This document shows, piece by piece, positions 52,378 to 64,000 of a DNA stretch of 64,000 nucleotides. The stretch covers positions 23,126,001-23,190,000 of the forward strand of contig CM022679.1 in NCBI GenBank assembly GCA_012295275.1. The letters are read 5' to 3'. Positions within the stretch are counted from its first letter, which is position 1, and each line of letters starts with the position of its first letter. The position numbers and the translations under genes are program-made. The stretch is from Chrysomallon squamiferum. Taxonomy: Eukaryota; Animalia; Mollusca. The notes beneath the pieces are model-generated. The model was not told the origin of the DNA. It did no database searches and saw only the letters and a program-made list of their open reading frames with translations.

Positions 52378-55300
52378 TGTGTATTTCTAAACTGGCTTGC
52401 TCTTAAATTTTTCTGACATAACTAAGGTAAGTACGGGGCTTGAAATTACAGGCAAAAGTAGCTATAGAATGTTTCTGTTTGTGCTGGAAATGCACATATA
52501 TTAATTACTATATTTGTGCTCATAAACTGTTCTTTTTTATATTTACCTCAAATATTTAGTAAGAAGCATATCAGGTTTAAATGCTAAACCATAATAAATT
52601 ATATAAAAACAAGATGATTCATTTATCTGTTCAGTTTTATTTAAATACGATGCAGTATTAAAACTACATGAAATATAATGTCACAATATATATTATTGTC
52701 TCCATGCATGAATTGAAGTAACTTAGCTACTTGTGTTATGTTTATAGACAAAGCCATCACCAGCAGTAATCATTTGGGTTTTATCAGAACAATTGTTTTA
52801 GGTTGGGCTGTTGCCCATGAATATCATAAAATGCATCAAACATAATTATAAATGCTTCTATGCTAGAAAAAACCTCAAAGCAAATACTAAGCTAAGAGAA
52901 CTTTCATGTTCTGCTTTAAATATGACATTTAACACACCTGCACCTTTAATTGCCCATAGATTTATGATTATAGAGATCTTATTTCCCCTAATATCTTTCT
53001 GAACCAAATTTGTGTATTGCAGATGATTATGATTAGACATTAACTATTTGTTGTCCTAGCTGACATGTACATTTGAAATGAGTTTAGATCAGGGGTCGGC
53101 AACCTTTTGGAGAGAGGTGGCCAATGAGCTATGCAGTGTTCTGGAGGAGGGCCAAGACACACACACCGATTTTCTCTCTCTTTCTCTCTCTGTCAATTCT
53201 ATCTTCAGTGTTGAGCACCAAAAAGGATGTTATGAAAGAAGGCTGCTTTGGTCTGGAGGTTTAAAAAAAAAAAAAAAAGTTAATGTAATAATTGGTGTCC
53301 ATGTGTTCAATTGGCGGGCCTTGGGTTGCAGCATCTGGTCTAGATGTTATCAACTATAGTTAGAAAATATTGAGAAAATTTAATGTGTCTATATTAGTGG
53401 TAACGAAGATGTTTTTAATTTTTTTTTCTGATGAAATTTTAAAAATAAGTGAAATTGTCACTCATTAGTAATCGCAAATCACTAATTTATAATACTTAAG
53501 TGTAAAAAAATCAAGTCACACGTGTAAAGAAAGGTATACTTTGCTATTTAAAGTTGTTACATTTATAAAGTTGCATCAGTTGACTCTATAGTGCTTATAT
53601 AAAAAAAATAAAAAAATAAATGCTTTATTTTTCAGAAAAAAATTACTCGAAATATGGCATTTTGCTTGACCTTGCCCATATAAGTATATGCAAGTACAAA
53701 TTTGAAAACGTGTGAACATGCACACGTGCACACTCGCGCTGACCTCACACATGCATGCACACAACACACACACACACACCAATTTCTCATATATCCTTTG
53801 ATGTGGCATAAATAACCAATTACTATTGTAGCTGAACAGTTATTAATGCATGTTCTCTGTATCTGTATTTGTTGGAACAATTGAAAATGTCTTAAACTTT
53901 ATTTATTCATTATTTTATTTTATATTTTTAAATATTTCATTTAGGTGAAAAGTTCATTGGTTCATTGTTGCGGTGTGTACTTTTAACTGTTGTGGAGAAC
54001 AATGGCTAATGAACCTGAAATCTGCAGTAAGTATATCTGTCTGTCTTTCTGTAGTGAACAAGTCATTATGACAAATGATATAAATATGTTGGTTGATAAG
54101 TGTTTGTTGTCATAACAAGTACAAAACATTATTTTGTCCAATAATCTTGACCTGTGTGTTTCTAAACTGGCTTGCTCTTAAATTTTTCTGACATAACTAC
54201 GGTAAGTTCAGGGCATGAAATTACAGGCAAAAGTAGCTATAGAATATTTCTGTTTATGCTGGAAATGCACGTATATTGATTACTATATTTGTGGTCATAA
54301 ACTGTTCTTTTTTATATTTACCCCAAATATTTAGTAAGAAGCATTTCAGGTTTAAATGCTAAACCATAACAAATTATATAAAAACTAGATGATTCATTTA
54401 TCTGTTCAGTTTTATTTAAATATGATGCAGTATTAAAACTACATGAAATATAATGTCACAATATATATTATTGTCTCCATGCATGAATTGAAGTAACTTA
54501 GCTACTTGTGTTATGTTTATAGACAAAGCCATCACCAGCAGTAATCATTTGGGTTTTATCAGAACAATTGTTTTAGGTTGGGCTGTTGCCCATGAATATC
54601 ATAAAATGCATCAAACATAATTATAAATGCTTCTATGCTAGAAAAAACCTCAAAGCAAATACTAAGCTAAGAGAACTTTCATGTTCTGCTTTAAATATGA
54701 CATTTAACACACCTGCACCTTTAATTGCCCATAGATTTATGATTATAGAGATCTTATTTCCCCTAATATCTTTCTGGAATTGGCTCTGAACCAAATTTGT
54801 GTATTGCAGATGATTATGATTAGACATTAACTATTTGTTGTCCTAGCTGACATGTACATTTGAAATGAGTTTAGATCAGGGGTCGGCAACCTTTTGGAGA
54901 GAGGTGGCCAATGAGCTATGCAGTGTTCTGGAGGAGGGCCAAGACACACACACCGATTTTCTCTCTTTTCTCTCTCTGTCAATTCTATCTTCAGTGTTGA
55001 GCACCAAAAGGGATGTTATGAAAGAAGGCTGCTTTGGTCTGGAGGTTTAAAAAAAAAAAAAAAAAAAAAAGTTAATGTAATAATCGGTGTCCATGTGTTC
55101 AATTGGCGGGCCTTGGGTTGCAGCATCTGGTCTAGATGTTATCAACTATAGTTAGAAAATATTGAGAAAATTTAATGTGTCTACATTAGTGGTAACGAAG
55201 ATGTTTTTTTAATTTTTTTTTTTTTCTGATGAAATTTTAAAAATAAGTGAAATTGTCACTCATTAGTAATCGCAAATCACTAATTTATAATACTTAAGTG

Positions 55301-58300
55301 TGTAAAAATCAAGTCACACGTGTAAAGAAAGGTATACTTTGCTATTTAAAGTTGTTACATTTATAAAGTTGCATCAGTTGACTCTATAGTGCTTATATAA
55401 AAAAAATAAAAAAATAAATGCTTTATTTTTCAGAAAAAATTACTCGAAATATGGCATTTTGCTTGACCTTGCCCATATAAGTATATACAAATACAAATTT
55501 GAAAACGTGTGAACATGCACATGTGCACACTCGCGCTGACCTGCACGCATGCACACAACACACACACACACCAATTTCTCATATATCCTTTGATGTGGCA
55601 TAAATAACCAATTACTATTGTAGCTGAACAGTTATTAATGCATGTTCTCTGTATCTGTATTTGTTGGAACAATTGAAAATGTCTTAAACTTTATTTATTC
55701 ATTATTTTATTTTATATTTTTAAATATTTCATTTAGGTGAAAAGTTCATTGGTTCATTGTTGCGGTGTGTACTCTTTTAACTGTTGTGGAGAACAATGGC
55801 TAATGAACCTGAAATCTGCAGTAAGTATATCTGTCTGTCTTTCTGTAGAGAACAAGTCATTATGACAAATGATATAAATATGTTGGTTGATAAGTGTTTG
55901 TTGTCATAACAAGTACAAAACATTATTTTGTCCAATAATCTTGACCTGTGTGTTTCTAAACTGGCTTGCTCTTAAATTTTTCTGACATAACTACGGTAAG
56001 TTCAGGGCATGAAATTACAGGCAAAAGTAGCTATAGAATATTTCTGTTTATGCTGGAAATGCACGTATATTGATTACTATATTTGTGGTCATAAACTGTT
56101 CTTTTTTATATTTACCCCAAATATTTAGTAAGAAGCATTTCAGGTTTAAATGCTAAACCATAACAAATTATATAAAAACTAGATGATTCATTTATCTGTT
56201 CAGTTTTATTTAAATATGATGCAGTATTAAAACTACATGAAATATAATGTCACAATATATATTATTGTCTCCATGCATGAATTGAAGTAACTTAGCTACT
56301 TGTGTTATGTTTATAGACAAAGCCATCACCAGCAGTAATCATTTGGGTTTTATCAGAACAATTGTTTTAGGTTGGCCATGAATATCATAAAATGCATCAA
56401 ACATAATTATAAATGCTTCTATGCTAGAAAAAACCTCAAAGCAAATACTAAGCTAAGAGAACTTTCATGTTCTGCTTTAAATATGACATTTAACACACCT
56501 GCATCTTTAATTGCCCATAGATTTATGATTATAGAGATCTTATTTCCCCTAATATCTTTCTGGAATTGGCTCTGAACCAAATTTGTGTATTGCAGATGAT
56601 TATGATTAGACATTAACTATTTGTTGTCCTAGCTGACATGTACATTTGAAATGAGTTTAGATCAGGGGTCGGCAACCTTTTGGAGAGAGGTGGCCAATGA
56701 GCTATGCAGTGTTCTGGAGGAGGGCCAAGACACACACACCGATTTTCTCTCTCTTTCTCTCTCTGTCAATTCTATCTTCAGTGTTGAGCACCAAAAAGGG
56801 ATGTTATGAAAGAAGGCTGCTTTGGTCTGGAGGTTTAAAAAAAAAAAAAAAAGTTAATGTAATAATCGGTGTCCATGTGTTCAATTGGCGGGCCTTGGGT
56901 TGCAGCATCTGGTCTAGATGTTATCAACTATAGTTAGAAAATATTGAGAAAATTTAATGTGTCTACATTAGTGGTAACGAAGATGTTTTTAATTTTTTTT
57001 TCTGATGAAATTTTAAAAATAAGTGAAATTGTCACTCATTAGTAATCGCAAATCACTAATTTATAATAATTAAGTGTAAAAAAATCAAGTCACACGTGTA
57101 AAGAAAGGTATACTTTGCTATTTAAAGTTGTTACATTTATAAAGTTGCATCAGTTGACTCTATAGTGCTTATATAAAAAAAATAAAAAAATAAATGCTTT
57201 ATTTTTCAGAAAAAATTACTCGAAATATGGCATTTTGCTTGACCTTGCCCATATAAGTATATACAAATACAAATTTGAAAACGTGTGAACATGCACACGT
57301 GCACACTCGCGCTGACCTGCACGCATGCACACAACACACACACACACCAATTTCTCATATATCCTTTGATGTGGCATAAATAACCAATTACTATTGTAGC
57401 TGAACAGTTATTAATGCATGTTCTCTGTATCTGTATTTGTTGGAACAATTGAAAATGTCTTAAACTTTATTTATTCATTATTTTATTTTATATTTTTAAA
57501 TATTTCATTTAGGTGAAAAGTTCATTGGTTCATTGTTATGTGTGTGTACTCTTTTTTAACTGTTGTGGAGAACAATGGCTAATGAACCTGAAATCTGCAG
57601 TAAGTATATCTGTCTGTCTTTCTGTAGAGAACAAGTCATTATGACAAATGATATAAATATGTTGGTTGATAAGTGTTTGTTGTCATAACAAGTACAAAAC
57701 ATTATTTTGTCCAATAATCTTGACCTGTGTGTTTCTAAACTGGCTTGCTCTTAAATTTTTCTGACATAACTACGGGTAAGTTCAGGGCATGAAATTACAG
57801 GCAAAAGTAGCTATAGAATATTTCTGTTTATGCTGGAAATGCACGTATATTGATTACTATATTTGTGGTCATAAACTGTTCTTTTTTATATTTACCCCAA
57901 ATATTTAGTAAGAAGCATTTCAGGTTTAAATGCTAAACCATAACAAATTATATAAAAACTAGATGATTCATTTATCTGTTCAGTTTTATTTAAATATGAT
58001 GCAGTATTAAAACTACATGAAATATAATGTCACAATATATATTATTGTCTCCATGCATGAATTGAAGTAACTTAGCTACTTGTGTTATGTTTATAGACAA
58101 AGCCATCACCAGCAGTAATCATTTGGGTTTTATCAGAACAATTGTTTTAGGTTGGACTGTTGCCCATGAATATCATAAAATGCATCAAACATAATTATAA
58201 ATGCTTCTATGCTAGAAAAACCTCAAAGCAAATACTAAGCTAAGAGAACTTTCATGTTCTGCTTTAAATATGACATTTAACACACCTGCACCTTTAATTG

Positions 58301-61300
58301 CCCATAGATTTATGATTATAGAGATCTTATTTCCCCTAATATCTTTCTGGAATTGGCTCTGAACCAAATTTGTGTATTGCAGATGATTATGATTAGACAT
58401 TAACTATTTGTTGTCCTAGCTGACATGTACATTTGAAATGAGTTTAGATCAGGGTCGGCAACCTTTTGGAGAGAGGTGGCCAATGAGCTATGCAGTGTTC
58501 TGGAGGAGGGCCAAGACACACACACCGATTTTCTCTCTTTTCTCTCTCTGTCAATTCTATCTTCAGTGTTGAGCACCAAAAAAGGGATGTTATGAAAGAA
58601 GGCTGCTTTGGTCTGGAGGTTTAAAAAAAAAAAAAAAAGTTAATGTAATAATCGGTGTCCATGTGTTCAATTGGCGGGCCTTGGGTTGAAGCATCTGGTC
58701 TAGATGTTATCAACTATAGTTAGAAAATATTGAGAAAATTTAATGTGTCTACATTAGTGGTAACGAAGATGTTTTTAATTTTTTTTTCTGATGAAATTTT
58801 AAAAATAAGTGAAATTGTCACTCATTAGTAATCGCAAATCACTAATTTATAATACTTAAGTGTAAAAAAATCAAGTCACACGTGTAAAGAAAGGTATACT
58901 TTGCTATTTAAAGTTGTTACATTTATAAAGTTGCATCAGTTGACTCTATAGTGCTTATATAAAAAAAATAAAAAAATAAATGCTTTATTTTTCAGAAAAA
59001 ATTACTCGAAATATGGCATTTTGCTTGACCTTGCCCATATAAGTATATACAAATACAAATTTGAAAACGTGTGAACATGCACACGTGCACACACTCGCGC
59101 TGACCTGCACGCATGCACACAACACACACACACACCAATTTCTCATATATCCTTTGATGTGGCATAAATAACCAATTACTATTGTAGCTGAACAGTTATT
59201 AATGCATGTTCTCTGTATCTGTATTTGTTGGAACAATTGAAAATGTCTTAAACTTTATTTATTCATTATTTTATTTTATATTTTTAAATATTTCATTTAG
59301 GTGAAAAGTTCATTGGTTCATTGTTGCGGTGTGTACTCTTTTTAACTGTTGTGGAGAACAATGGCTAATGAACCTGAAATCTGCAGTAAGTATATCTGTC
59401 TGTCTTTCTGTAGTGAACAAGTCATTATGACAAATGATATAAATATGTTGGTTGATAAGTGTTTGTTGTCATAACAAGTACAAAACATTATTTTGTCCAA
59501 TAATCTTGACCTGTGTGTTTCTAAACTGGCTTGCTCTTAAATTTTTCTGACATAACTACGGTAAGTTCAGGGCATGAAATTACAGGCAAAAGTAGCTATA
59601 GAATATTTCTGTTTATGCTGGAAATGCACGTATATTGATTACTATATTTGTGGTCATAAACTGTTCTTTTTTATATTTACCCCAAATATTTAGTAAGAAG
59701 CATTTCAGGTTTAAATGCTAAACCATAACAAATTATATAAAAACTAGATGATTCATTTATCTGTTCAGTTTTATTTAAATATGATGCAGTATTAAAACTA
59801 CATGAAATATAATGTCACAATATATATTATTGTCTCCATGCATGAATTGAAGTAACTTAGCTACTTGTGTTATGTTTATAGACAAAGCCATCACCAGCAG
59901 TAATCATTTGGGTTTTATCAGAACAATTGTTTTAGGTTGGGCTGTTGCCCATGAATATCATAAAATGCATCAAACATAATTATAAATGCTTCTATGCTAG
60001 AAAAACCTCAAAGCAAATACTAAGCTAAGAGAACTTTCATGTTCTGCTTTAAATATGACATTTAACACACCTGCACCTTTAATTGCCCATAGATTTATGA
60101 TTATAGAGATCTTATTTCCCTAATATCTTTCTGGAATTGGCTCTGAACCAAATTTGTGTATTGCAGATGATTATGATTAGACATTAACTATTTGTTGTCC
60201 TAGCTGACATGTACATTTGAAATGAGTTTAGATCAGGGGTCGGCAACCTTTTGGAGAGAGGTGGCAATGAGCTATGCAGTGTTCTGGAGGAGGGCCAAGA
60301 CACACACACCGATTTTCTCTCTCTTTCTCTCTCTGTCAATTCTATCTTCAGTGTTGAGCACCAAAAGGGATGTTATGAAAGAAGGCTGCTTTGGTCTGGA
60401 GGTTTAAAAAAAAAAAAAAAAAAAAATGTAATAATCGGTGTCCATGTGTTCAATTGGCGGGCCTTGGGTTGCAGCATCTGGTCTAGATGTTATCAACTAT
60501 AGTTAGAAAATATTGAGAAAATTTAATGTGTCTACATTAGTGGTAACGAAGATGTTTTTAATTTTTTTTTCTGATGAAATTTTAAAAATAAGTGAAATTG
60601 TCACTCATTAGTAATCGCAAATCACTAATTTATAATACTTAAGTGTAAAAAAATCAAGTCACACGTGTAAAGAAAGGTATACTTTGCTATTTAAAGTTGT
60701 TACATTTATAAAGTTGCATCAGTTGACTCTATAGTGCTTATATAAAAAAAATAAAAAAATAAATGCTTTATTTTTCAGAAAAAATTACTCGAAATATGGC
60801 ATTTTGCTTGACCTTGCCCATATAAGTATATACAAATACAAATTTGAAAACGTGTGAACATGCACACGTGCACACTCGCGCTGACCTGCACGCATGCACA
60901 CAACACACACACACACCAATTTCTCATATATCCTTTGATGTGGCATAAATAACCAATTACTATTGTAGCTGAACAGTTATTAATGCATGTTCTCTGTATC
61001 TGTATTTGTTGGAACAATTGAAAATGTCTTAAACTTTATTTATTCATTATTTTATTTTATATTTTTAAATATTTCATTTAGGTGAAAAGTTCATTGGTTC
61101 ATTGTTGCGGTGTGTACTCTTTTTAACTGTTGTGGAGAACAATGGCTAATGAACCTGAAATCTGCAGTAAGTATATCTGTCTGTCTTTCTGTAGTGAACA
61201 AGTCATTATGACAAATGATATAAATATGTTGGTTGATAAGTGTTTGTTGTCATAACAAGTACAAAACATTATTTTGTCCAATAATCTTGACCTGTGTGTT

Positions 61301-64000
61301 TCTAAACTGGCTTGCTCTTAAATTTTTCTGACATAACTACGGTAAGTTCAGGGCATGAAATTACAGGCAAAAGTAGCTATAGAATATTTCTGTTTATGCT
61401 GGAAATGCACGTATATTGATTACTATATTTGTGGTCATAAACTGTTCTTTTTTATATTTACCCCAAATATTTAGTAAGAAGCATTTCAGGTTTAAATGCT
61501 AAACCATAACAAATTATATAAAAACTAGATGATTCATTTATCTGTTCAGTTTTATTTAAATATGATGCAGTATTAAAACTACATGAAATATAATGTCACA
61601 ATATATATTATTGTCTCCATGCATGAATTGAAGTAACTTAGCTACTTGTGTTATGTTTATAGACAAAGCCATCACCAGCAGTAATCATTTGGGTTTTATC
61701 AGAACAATTGTTTTAGGTTGGACTGTTGCCCATGAATATCATAAAATGCATCAAACATAATTATAAATGCTTCTATGCTAGAAAAAACCTCAAAGCAAAT
61801 ACTAAGCTAAGAGAACTTTCATGTTCTGCTTTAAATATGACATTTAACACACCTGCACCTTTAATTGCCCATAGATTTATGATTATAGAGATCTTATTTC
61901 CCCTAATATCTTTCTGGAATTGGCTCTGAACCAAATTTGTGTATTGCAGATGATTATGATTAGACATTAACTATTTGTTGTCCTAGCTGACATGTACATT
62001 TGAAATGAGTTTAGATCAGGGTCGGCAACCTTTTGGAGAGGTGGCCAATGAGCTATGCAGTGTTCTGGAGGAGGGCCAAGACACACACACCGATTTTCTC
62101 TCTCTTTCTCTCTCTGTCAATTCTATCTTCAGTGTTGAGCACCAAAAAGGGATGTTATGAAAGAAGGCTGCTTTGGTCTGGAGGTTTAAAAAAAAAAAAA
62201 AAAAGTTAATGTAATAATCGGTGTCCATGTGTTCAATTGGCGGGCCTTGGGTTGCAGCATCTGGTCTAGATGTTATCAACTATAGTTAGAAAATATTGAG
62301 AAAATTTAATGTGTCTACATTAGTGGTAACGAAGATGTTTTTAATTTTTTTTTCTGATGAAATTTTAAAAATAAGTGAAATTGTCACTCATTAGTAATCG
62401 CAAATCACTAATTTATAATACTTAAGTGTAAAAAAATCAAGTCACACGTGTAAAGAAAGGTATACTTTGCTATTTAAAGTTGTTACATTTATAAAGTTGC
62501 ATCAGTTGACTCTATAGTGCTTATATAAAAAAAATAAAAAAATAAATGCTTTATTTTTCAGAAAAAATTACTCGAAATATGGCATTTTGCTTGACCTTGC
62601 CCATATAAGTATATACAAATACAAATTTGAAAACGTGTGAACATGCACACGTGCACACTCGCGCTGACCTGCACGCATGCACACAACACACACACACACC
62701 AATTTCTCATATATCCTTTGATGTGGCATAAATAACCAATTACTATTGTAGCTGAACAGTTATTAATGCATGTTCTCTGTATCTGTATTTGTTGGAACAA
62801 TTGAAAATGTCTTAAACTTTATTTATTCATTATTTTATTTTATATTTTTAAATATTTCATTTAGGTGAAAAGTTCATTGGTTCATTGTTGCGGTGTGTAC
62901 TCTTTTAACTGTTGTGGAGAACAATGGCTAATGAACCTGAAATCTGCAGTAAGTATATCTGTCTGTCTTTCTGTAGTGAACAAGTCATTATGACAAATGA
63001 TATAAATATGTTGGTTGATAAGTGTTTGTTGTCATAACAAGTACAAAACATTATTTTGTCCAATAATCTTGACCTGTGTGTTTCTAAACTGGCTTGCTCT
63101 TAAATTTTTCTGACATAACTACGGTAAGTTCAGGGCATGAAATTACAGGCAAAAGTAGCTATAGAATATTTCTGTTTATGCTGGAAATGCACGTATATTG
63201 ATTACTATATTTGTGGTCATAAACTGTTCTTTTTTATATTTACCCCAAATATTTAGTAAGAAGCATTTCAGGTTTAAATGCTAAACCATAACAAATTATA
63301 TAAAAACTAGATGATTCATTTATCTGTTCAGTTTTATTTAAATATGATGCAGTATTAAAACTACATGAAATATAATGTCACAATATATATTATTGTCTCC
63401 ATGCATGAATTGAAGTAACTTAGCTACTTGTGTTATGTTTATAGACAAAGCCATCACCAGCAGTAACCATTTGGGTTTTATCAGAACAATTGTTTTAGGT
63501 TGGACTGTTGCCCATGAATATCATAAAATGCATCAAACATAATTATAAATGCTTCTATGCTAGAAAAAACCTCAAAGCAAATACTAAGCTAAGAGAACTT
63601 TCATGTTCTGCTTTAAATATGACATTTAACACACCTGCACCTTTAATTGCCCATAGATTTATGATTATAGAGATCTTATTTCCCCTAATATCTTTCTGGA
63701 ATTGGCTCTGAACCAAATTTGTGTATTGCAGATGATTATGATTAGACATTAACTATTTGTTGTCCTAGCTGACATGTACATTTGAAATGAGTTTAGATCA
63801 GGGGTCGGCAACCTTTTGGAGAGAGGTGGCCAATGAGCTATGCAGTGTTCTGGAGGAGGGCCAAGACACACACACCGATTTTCTCTCTCTTTCTCTCTCT
63901 GTCAATTCTATCTTCAGTGTTGAGCACCAAAAAGGGATGTTATGAAAGAAGGCTGCTTTGGTCTGGAGGTTTAAAAAAAAAAAAAAAAAAAAAAAGTTAA
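52378..64000 (+). repeat. ~1.78-kb tandem array (>=6.5 near-identical units, runs off the window) derived from the 5' end of a DED-kinase paralog
   Basis: ATG micro-exon at 54002, 55796, 57575, 59361, 61142 and 62924 (periods 1794, 1779, 1786, 1781, 1782). Unit is homologous to ~28935-31050. Confidence 0.97.
53090..53337. mobile_element. hAT MITE carried in every array unit (first copy given)
   Basis: CAGGGGTCGGCAACC ... GGTTGCAGCATCTG with 8-bp TSD GTTTAGAT/GTCTAGAT. Confidence 0.75.

Noticed and set aside
52811-63749. Recurring 60-90 aa ORFs in the array (MPMNIIKC..., MFQQIQIQ..., MSNHNHLQ...)
   Set aside because: They recur only because the DNA is repeated; broken by indels in some units and derived from intronic sequence.

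Overview
AT-rich, microsatellite-rich animal genomic DNA with spliceosomal introns; an invertebrate such as a mollusc is my guess. There is a 200-N scaffold gap at 17855-18054. The window is a duplication-rich innate-immunity/cell-death locus. (1) A small IAP gene (single BIR + C-terminal RING, 10067-11813, +) whose acidic N-terminal repeat region is broken by an in-frame stop directly before the ATG. (2) A 13-exon gene (30907-41919, +, about 681 aa by manual splicing, all GT-AG and phase-compatible) with an unusual architecture: tandem DEDs, a linker with TRAF-motif-like PQQT(L)D, an IRAK/Pelle-type kinase (Tyr gatekeeper, HRD intact, DPG instead of DFG) and a C-terminal Cys/His zinc-finger/RING-like region. 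(3) A deleted paralog at 20055-21754 that lacks the DED exon and most of the kinase. (4) A near-identical ~1.78-kb tandem array (52378 to beyond 64000, also 18055-20205) in which each unit carries the start-codon micro-exon of this gene family. Also present: MULE transposase remnants, hAT and Tc1/mariner-type MITEs, a foldback element and minisatellites. All gene models were built by eye; no database searches were run.
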